Source: Promethearchaeota archaeon (GTDB lineage Archaea > Asgardarchaeota > Lokiarchaeia > Sigyniarchaeales > SOKP01). From it: DNA of 14,931 bases. The DNA lies in the NCBI GenBank assembly GCA_048941015.1, contig JBHLNZ010000071.1:1-14931 (forward strand). Direction: 5' to 3'. The notes under the pieces are model-generated. The model worked only from the letters and a program-made list of their open reading frames with translations. It was not told the DNA's origin and did no database searches. Positions 8,836-14,931 of this stretch are shown here, one piece after another; the first letter of the stretch is position 1; every line of letters starts with the position of its first letter. The translations under genes and the position numbers were made by a program.

Positions 8836-10626
8836 TTAAATCCAAAAGAGATTAAAACCAAAGTTAATAAAAGATAAAATGAAATTGAGTGCGATTATAG
8901 TCAAAGCAACAAATCTTATTGAATTTAATATAATGTTTTTTATTTTCTTTTTATTATCATACCAATATTCATAGGAAATTTCAAATAATGTATTCTCTTC
9001 GATATTAGTATCATCAGGTAGTTTTATAGAAACTGTATCCTTAAAACCATCTCCAATTTTATCAATTAATTCATAATGCGAACTCCCTAATGTTATTTCA
9101 CTGTTTTTATCTTTAGAGAGCTTATCATTTATTAAAACTTTTATCGATTCCACTGTTTCTACACGTAATTCTGATAAAGCGCAATCAGTATCTTCTTTTT
9201 TATAGAAAAATTTATCTTTCTTTTTCTTTTTAAATTGATAATTTTCTCCAAAAATCCAATTAATTAATTCTTTAATGTTTCTATCTCCATCAAATATGAG
9301 AAGTGGAGTTGTATTAAATAAAGTTATGCTAAAAGAAATGACAAAAAGCCATAAAAGTTCTCTAAGCCAGAATTCAGGCCAATTTGCCGTGAAAAATTTG
9401 GCAAAGTCGTTTTGATGCATCCAAAATAAAGTGCTTTGGACTCCAACAAAAACTCCTACTATTTTTACGTCTATTAAATAATTAGTACCTAGATTAGAAG
9501 TCAAATTTAAGGTCTTAAGGGTAAAATTAGTTAAAAATAGCTCTAGAGTATCACCATTTGTTTGATTTATATCAGTACTATTGATTTTAGTTATTACAAT
9601 GTTTAGATTCTGCTTAGTAGAATAATTATAGGTAATTTTTAATTCTGTATTTGAAATATATTCATATTCAATTCCTAAATCATATCGAGGTCCTAACATA
9701 ATATCTTTTTCCGTTTCAATGTTATGTTTTGAATTATAGATATAAAACGTTAAGTTATCACCAACAGAACATTTTATCCTAGTTTGATTATCTAATATGG
9801 CTCCTAAATTGATTCCTTGAAATTCATTAAGCTTGATATATTGATCGTCAGGTTCACCTTGTTTTTTAATTGCGACAATAGCATCTCCTTCATCAAGAAT
9901 ACCATAATTAAATCCACCATCTTTAGGTGGTAATACATTGTAAATATGAGTAACTTGAATATAAAAAGGTGAAATGAGAATTGGATAACTTATCAGGAGT
10001 AAAAAAGCAATTCCTGCTGTTATACTATTAACCCAAGTTCCTGCTGAAGCAATTCTTAATCTTGTATTTCGGTGAAATTTTTTAGATCTCAATTCCCTTT
10101 CATCAACTTCCACAAATGCACCAAAACCAATCAAAAAGAACAATCCAGCACCTAATATTCCTGTAGATTTAATATCTAATCCATCAACACTAGCAGAAAT
10201 ACCATGAGCAAATTCATGTGTAGTCATAATGAATAATAATGGCAGAATCAAGTAAAAAAGAAAAGGAAGATCAACTGTAACACCTGGAATCAAGGGGACA
10301 ATAACATTTTCTATACTTGGTCTAAAGATTAAACTAATAACATTGGAAAAAAAGAAATAAAATCCGTATATTGTAAATCCAAAAGAGACAAAAATACCAA
10401 TATTCCAGAAGATTCTCCAAAATTTTGGTCTTTTTCTTCCCATTTTTTTTATTAAATTATTTAATTTTTTTGTCTTAAAGAGCGCAAGCAAGGGAAAGAA
10501 TATACTATAAGCTTCCTTTTTGTTTCTCAATAAGAATACAAAGAGCGCTACAATTATCCAAAAAATTAAGGAGATAATAAACCAAGGAGATAATAAAAAA
10601 TTAAGAATATAATCAAATATAGTCAT
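8836..10626 (-). CDS. Site-2 protease (M50 intramembrane zinc metalloprotease) with PDZ-like insert
   Basis: Multiple TM segments, PLIPGV, HEFAH (10204-10218), GAFVE, RIASAG-WVN, NTTPLLIFDG (NxxPxxxxDG), PDZ-like GILDEGDAIVAI. Confidence 0.9.
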   Translation of the reverse strand: MTIFDYILNFLLSPWFIISLIFWIIVALFVFLLRNKKEAYSIFFPLLALFKTKKLNNLIKKMGRKRPKFWRIFWNIGIFVSFGFTIYGFYFFFSNVISLIFRPSIENVIVPLIPGVTVDLPFLFYLILPLLFIMTTHEFAHGISASVDGLDIKSTGILGAGLFFLIGFGAFVEVDERELRSKKFHRNTRLRIASAGTWVNSITAGIAFLLLISYPILISPFYIQVTHIYNVLPPKDGGFNYGILDEGDAIVAIKKQGEPDDQYIKLNEFQGINLGAILDNQTRIKCSVGDNLTFYIYNSKHNIETEKDIMLGPRYDLGIEYEYISNTELKITYNYSTKQNLNIVITKINSTDINQTNGDTLELFLTNFTLKTLNLTSNLGTNYLIDVKIVGVFVGVQSTLFWMHQNDFAKFFTANWPEFWLRELLWLFVISFSITLFNTTPLLIFDGDRNIKELINWIFGENYQFKKKKKDKFFYKKEDTDCALSELRVETVESIKVLINDKLSKDKNSEITLGSSHYELIDKIGDGFKDTVSIKLPDDTNIEENTLFEISYEYWYDNKKKIKNIILNSIRFVALTIIALNFILSFINFGFNLFWI

Positions 10627-10728
10627 TTAAAGAGAAAATACATTATTACTTATTAAGCCGTGTAATTAATGCATAAAGTTAAGTTTAATCCTTTTAAAAA
10701 AAATGCTTATATAAGTTAAAAAAAGCTA

Positions 10729-11460
10729 TTACAATATAATTTTATTCCTTTTTAAAATCCAATTATCTATTAAAAATTTCTGTATTAGATTTTTTCTTGG
10801 AATGTAATGGCAATGAATCGATGATTTAGGAATCCAAATTTCTTTACCTGATTCAAATTTTATTAATACTGCTTTGTTTGTTTCCTTTGAGATTTTTCCG
10901 TTTAAGTTAGTTGTGGTTTTTCCAGTAAGGTTTTTTGATATTTTTTCTAGCTTTTCATCTCCCTGATCATTATCATTTTCACACATATCTTCAAGAAAAT
11001 AAAGTTGATCTTCAGGGAGAGAGGTTTTAATTCTTTTATTTTTATACTCCCTATTTTGGCTAGTAGCAAAGATTATTTTCTCTTTTAAAATGTGTGATAA
11101 TAATAACCTTAAAAGTTTGGCCTGAGCGAGATTCAACATTTTTGAATAATCACCGATATTAATCCAAAATGTATCTGAATTTTCATCTTCCCAACTAAAT
11201 GATAGAATTGTCTTATTGTCTTTATAACTATGAACCCCTTGCCATTTAAGTTCCTTATGATTTAATACATCTAATATACTAATAATTTCTTCTAGTGAAC
11301 ATTTAATTAATTTTCCCTCATTTTCAGAAGGCTTTTGCCATTTTCCATCCGCTTTTTTTTTAATACAGCGAATGAAAATGTAAGGTTCGAATTTAGAAAA
11401 ACTACTTATTATTAAACCTGTATTTTGCCCGAAAAAACTTTGCGAATGGGATTCTACCAT
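10729..11460 (-). CDS. Hypothetical two-domain protein; putative Whirly/PC4-like N-domain plus C-terminal ETxKAVL..WIPKS domain (ATG 11460 likely; ORF extends to 11523)
   Basis: Long ORF with normal composition that fills the intergenic space. The fold assignment is from beta/alpha pattern only. Confidence 0.7.
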   Translation of the reverse strand: MVESHSQSFFGQNTGLIISSFSKFEPYIFIRCIKKKADGKWQKPSENEGKLIKCSLEEIISILDVLNHKELKWQGVHSYKDNKTILSFSWEDENSDTFWINIGDYSKMLNLAQAKLLRLLLSHILKEKIIFATSQNREYKNKRIKTSLPEDQLYFLEDMCENDNDQGDEKLEKISKNLTGKTTTNLNGKISKETNKAVLIKFESGKEIWIPKSSIHCHYIPRKNLIQKFLIDNWILKRNKIIL

Positions 11461-11566
11461 TTTTTTGAAGCTTTTTATTTTAAATATTATTTTTATCTGG
11501 AAACCTAAACTAAAAAATTCCACTAATTAATCGAAAAATGGTAAATAATTAAAAGTGGATTTAACT

Positions 11567-11581
11567 ATATTGATATATAAT
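11567..11581 (+). promoter_or_regulatory. Candidate TATA box for the tRNA-iMet gene
   Basis: TATATTGATATATAA about 30-45 nt upstream of tRNA base 1. Confidence 0.3.
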
Positions 11582-11611
11582 AAGATATTAAATCTCATTA
11601 AATGAAACCAG

Positions 11612-11724
11612 AGCGGGGTGGGCTAGCCTGGTTTATGCCGCAGGGCTCATAACCCTGAGATCGTTCGTTCAAAGGTTAAGAGATGCTGAATTCCAGCAAA
11701 CTGAAAATCGAACCCCCGCTACCA
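11612..11724 (+). tRNA. Initiator tRNA-Met (CAT), intron-containing, CCA encoded
   Basis: Acceptor stem AGCGGGG/CCCCGCT (A1-U72). Anticodon stem CAGGG/CCCTG with three G-C pairs, loop CTCATAA, CAT at 11648-11650. T-stem GTTCG/CGAAC. Discriminator A plus CCA at 11721-11724. Confidence 0.95.
11674..11707 (+). other. 34-nt archaeal tRNA intron at non-canonical position 59/60 (T-loop)
   Basis: Bulge-helix-bulge: GTTCG-TTCA-AA^G-GTT...AAC-TGAA-AA^T-CGAAC. Removal restores the T-loop TTCAAAT. Confidence 0.9.
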
Positions 11725-11874
11725 TCTTTCTTACCACTATTAGTATAATCGAAATCAACCATCTTAAAAACCATTAATTAAATATTTAGGGTTTAATAGA
11801 TATTTCTATATTTCAGTCTAACTTCTATAAATTATATTTAAAAACAATCAAATTTTGGAGTCTTATGATTAAGA

Positions 11875-12618
11875 ATGGAACCCAGAGTTTTTAAAAGATT
11901 CCCAGCAATTAGATGTTTTATAAAACATTTAAAAGAAAGTAGATACATTAATGAAGATAGAACTTTTTATACTATATTTGGCAAAGTAAAAAGAGTGCGT
12001 TTTATTGCAACAGTTATTGATAAAAGAGAGATAATCAGTGAGCAAGTATCAAATGAAGATGATTTCATAGATGAAGATCAAAATCCTAATAAAAGAATCG
12101 AATTTGATTTAGATGATGGAACAGGTTCAATTCGAGCAATTATTTGGCAGGCGGATATTGAGAAATATGAAGAATTTAAGAAAGGTGTTATAGTCGATAT
12201 CGTGGGTCTTCTAAGATATTGGAAGGATTATATTTCAATTTCTCCAGAGATAATGAAAAAAGTAAATAATCCAAATTTAATTTTGTTGAGAGAGATAGAT
12301 GTAATAAGAAAGATAAAAGATGGTGCTATAGAAGAGATCCCTCAAGAGTCTGCTGGAGAAATTAGATTAGATGACTTTTCAGAGAGTGTAGATGTAGATT
12401 CTTTATTCGAGGAGGATGCAATAGAGGAGTTTGATGAACTAAAGGAAAAAGTTTATACTTTAATAGAAGATGCATCATTAGATGGAAGTGGAATTAGTTT
12501 TAAAGATATAAAATTAAAGTTAAAAGTCTCTGACGATAATCTTAAAAGACATCTTAGAGATTTAGTGATGGAATCGAGGATTTATCAATCAGATGAAAAG
12601 GTATATCAAAGTTATTAA
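11875..12618 (+). CDS. RPA2/RPA32-like ssDNA-binding protein (OB fold, acidic linker, C-terminal winged helix)
   Basis: VKRVRFIATVIDK..FDLDDGTGSIRAIIW..VDIVG OB signature, acidic linker, then KVYTLI..GISF..LK..LRDLVMESRIYQ wHTH pattern. Confidence 0.75.
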   Translation: MEPRVFKRFPAIRCFIKHLKESRYINEDRTFYTIFGKVKRVRFIATVIDKREIISEQVSNEDDFIDEDQNPNKRIEFDLDDGTGSIRAIIWQADIEKYEEFKKGVIVDIVGLLRYWKDYISISPEIMKKVNNPNLILLREIDVIRKIKDGAIEEIPQESAGEIRLDDFSESVDVDSLFEEDAIEEFDELKEKVYTLIEDASLDGSGISFKDIKLKLKVSDDNLKRHLRDLVMESRIYQSDEKVYQSY

Positions 12619-12740
12619 CACTTCTTTTAATACAAAGTCTATTAATTTAATTTTATAGGTTTTTTTATAAATAATAGTAAAATTATTTTTGAAACATTTC
12701 TTATTATAATTATCAGAAATTAAAGATTAAGTTGATAAAA

Positions 12741-13154
12741 ATGGATTTAAATAACTATGATGAACTCTTAGAAAGTGCGTATGAGAAGATTCCCGAAAAT
12801 GTAAAGAAACTTTCACGGTTTAAAATTCCCGAAGTTGAAATAAGGATTGAATCTAAAAATACATATATTACAAATTTTAATAAAATCATTAACACTTTAA
12901 ACCGCGACAGAAAGCATTTTATAGGAATTTTTTTGAGGAGAGCAGGTACAATGGGAGAAATCCGAGGTCAACAATTATTTCTTAAAGGAGTTTACAAAGA
13001 ACAGGTCTTAAATCGATTAATTGAGCAATATGCTAAAATGTATGTATTATGTAAAATATGTAATAAACCAGATACAGAAATGCAGAGAGAAGGTAAAAGT
13101 TTATTTTTAAAATGCACCGCCTGTGGTGCTAGAGAGGAAATTAAAGAAAAATAG
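12741..13154 (+). CDS. eif2b: Translation initiation factor aIF-2 beta subunit
   Basis: YDELLE-AY, RFKIP, TYITNF, LNRD, YVLCKICNKPDT, LKCTACGA zinc ribbon. Confidence 0.95.
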   Translation: MDLNNYDELLESAYEKIPENVKKLSRFKIPEVEIRIESKNTYITNFNKIINTLNRDRKHFIGIFLRRAGTMGEIRGQQLFLKGVYKEQVLNRLIEQYAKMYVLCKICNKPDTEMQREGKSLFLKCTACGAREEIKEK

Positions 13155-13173
13155 AATGTTAATTGGAAGCCAT

Positions 13174-13470
13174 ATGAAGGTTTATCTGAAAATACATCGT
13201 AGGAATGGTATGGAAACTATCGCATGTTGCGATGAGTGTTTACTCAATCAAATTTTTAGAGAAGGAAATTTAAAGATCGAAATAACTAACCAATTCTATG
13301 GTGGTAATTTATTGAATATTGAAGAAGCGATTGAAATTTTAAAAGAGTCGAATAATTTTAATATAGTTGGAGAAGGTATTATTAAAATGGCTATCGATAA
13401 AAAGCTTGTTCCTAAAGAAGGAGTTCGCTCTATAAACGGAGTTCCAATGGCTTTAAAGATGATGTTCTAA
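13174..13470 (+). CDS. DUF424 family protein (start 13156 or 13174)
   Basis: KIH..IACCD-LL..F-EG-L-I..FYGG..NIVG..I..A..GVP pattern, in its usual position between aIF-2beta and NMD3. Confidence 0.8.
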   Translation: MKVYLKIHRRNGMETIACCDECLLNQIFREGNLKIEITNQFYGGNLLNIEEAIEILKESNNFNIVGEGIIKMAIDKKLVPKEGVRSINGVPMALKMMF

Positions 13471-14384
13471 TGCCTCAGAGATTTTGTGCTATTTGTGGAA
13501 AGAATTTAACCGAAAATGACCCTCATTTTGGATTGTGTCTCGATTGTTATTTAAAAGAGAATCCTTTATTCGAAATACCTTCTAGTTTTGCCTTGAACAT
13601 TTGTCCAGATTGTGGCAAATATTCAAAAAAAGATGAATGGTTTGACACCAACGGAGAAGATTTATTTTTTACCATTGAAGTAGCAATTAGAAAGTTTTTG
13701 TTAAAGAATTATTTGAAACAAGATACTATTGACTTTAAATTTATATATGATGAAAATAGTTTCCAATATTCTTCTAAAGATTTATTATCATCGTTTAATT
13801 TAGCGATTAAAGGAAAATTAAAAGAAAATTTTAAATATTTCCATGAGCAAATAATTAAGGTCAATTTGAATTATGAATTATGTAGAAACTGTGTAAATAT
13901 GCGAGGTGGAACCTATTTTTTATCGATTATTCAATTAAGAGTTAATGATGAGAATCAATTTGATTTAATTAAAGAAGTTTTAGAAGATATTCAAAATTAT
14001 GTTGAAAAATTATTTGAGGAGGATGAGAAAAATTATATTTCGAAGATTCAAAATGAGAAGTATGGTGTTGATCTCTATTTAAGTACCAATGAGCTAATGA
14101 ACCATTTAATTTCACATTTAAAATCAAATTATCACTTTGTTTTAAAAAGAAGCAAGAAATTAATAGGGAGAGATATTCAAAAAGGAAAGAATATCTACAG
14201 ATTGAAGGCTCTGATAAAATTACTCCCCATTCACAAAAATGATATAATTTTAATAGGGAATCAAGAATTTAGTGTTGAGGCGATTACAAAAAATAAAGTC
14301 ATTTTAAGGAGAGAAGACAATTCGAAATTAACCAAGGATTTTACTTATATTTTCAATCAGAAAATTATAATCAAGAATCCATAG
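13470..14384 (+). CDS. nmd3: NMD3 family ribosome biogenesis protein
   Basis: Four CxxC pairs (CAIC, CLDC, CPDC, CRNC), YF-SIIQLR, GVDLYL, KLIGRD..GKNIYR. TAATG stop/start overlap with DUF424. Confidence 0.88.
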   Translation: MPQRFCAICGKNLTENDPHFGLCLDCYLKENPLFEIPSSFALNICPDCGKYSKKDEWFDTNGEDLFFTIEVAIRKFLLKNYLKQDTIDFKFIYDENSFQYSSKDLLSSFNLAIKGKLKENFKYFHEQIIKVNLNYELCRNCVNMRGGTYFLSIIQLRVNDENQFDLIKEVLEDIQNYVEKLFEEDEKNYISKIQNEKYGVDLYLSTNELMNHLISHLKSNYHFVLKRSKKLIGRDIQKGKNIYRLKALIKLLPIHKNDIILIGNQEFSVEAITKNKVILRREDNSKLTKDFTYIFNQKIIIKNP

Positions 14385-14388
14385 GAGG
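14384..14388 (+). promoter_or_regulatory. Shine-Dalgarno GGAGG for rio1
   Basis: GGAGG overlaps the nmd3 stop and lies 8 nt before ATG 14397. Confidence 0.6.
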
Positions 14389-14396
14389 GATTATGA

Positions 14397-14931
14397 ATGG
14401 GAAAGGAAGAAGAAGAGAATGATGAATTTGATGAATATTTCTCAGAAGATGGTTTTGATGATGATATAAATTCAAAGCTTGATGATCTAATGAAAAAAAC
14501 GATTGATTCAAAAAGAATTAAAATTATTGATCAATCAAAAAAAAAAGCAGCAATAGAATCTGTATTTGATGAAAGAACAGTTTTTCAATTGAATAAATTA
14601 TTAACAAATGGTCCTCTCTCTAGGATAGAAGGAATTGTTTCAGCAGGAAAAGAGGCAAATGTTTATCTTGCATATAACCAAGAAAATGAAGAGGTTGCTG
14701 TAAAAATTTATAAAGTCGACAGCAACACTTCAAAATGGATGCGCAATTATATCATAGGAGATCCAAGATTTAAAAAAATTCCAAATAATATATCAAAAAT
14801 CATTTTTTTATGGGCAAATAAAGAATTTAAAAATCTTAAACGAGCATACTCCGTGGGATTAAGTGTTCCAGAACCTATATTTGTTAAAAATAATATATTA
14901 ATCATGGAATATATTGGAATAAAATCAAATC
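14397..14931 (+). CDS. rio1: RIO1-family atypical protein kinase, partial (runs off the right edge; not in ORF track)
   Basis: Manual translation gives MGKEEEENDEFDEYF...VFDERT...VSAGKEANVYLA...VAVKIY...YIIGDPRF...WANKEFKNLKR...VPEP...NILIMEYIG. Confidence 0.93.
   Translation, partial: MGKEEEENDEFDEYFSEDGFDDDINSKLDDLMKKTIDSKRIKIIDQSKKKAAIESVFDERTVFQLNKLLTNGPLSRIEGIVSAGKEANVYLAYNQENEEVAVKIYKVDSNTSKWMRNYIIGDPRFKKIPNNISKIIFLWANKEFKNLKRAYSVGLSVPEPIFVKNNILIMEYIGIKSN

Noticed and set aside
10729-11760. Integrated element at the tRNA
   Set aside because: No integrase, no duplicated tRNA 3' end seen, and the flanks are core genes.
14393-14422. Tiny ORF MNGKGRRRE from an ATG 4 nt after the SD
   Set aside because: SD spacing favours ATG 14397, so this is probably chance.

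Overview
AT-rich archaeal chromosomal window, most consistent with an Asgard archaeon (Lokiarchaeia-like). This is inferred from the enlarged 23S ES9 region, the unlinked 23S gene and the gene set. It begins with the 5' ~1.44 kb of a minus-strand 23S rRNA gene, which has a ~400 nt structured leader and no 16S or tRNA-Ala upstream. Housekeeping genes follow: a DUF72 protein, ketopantoate reductase, Ard1/RimI N-acetyltransferase, archaeal phosphopantothenate synthetase, release factor aRF1, a Get3/ArsA ATPase, an Ncs6/TtuA tRNA thiolase, an M50 site-2 protease and a hypothetical protein. Next are an initiator tRNA-Met with a 34-nt intron in its T-loop, an RPA2-like OB+wHTH protein, aIF-2beta, DUF424, NMD3 and a partial RIO1 kinase that is missing from the ORF track. 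I saw no mobile element, CRISPR array or defence system. The best leads are the T-loop intron with a perfect bulge-helix-bulge, a possible Whirly/PC4-fold nucleic-acid-binding protein divergent from RPA2, a PIP box on the DUF72 protein, the aRF1-Get3 pairing, and the supersized rRNA expansion segment. All protein calls come from motifs recognised by eye; no searches were run.
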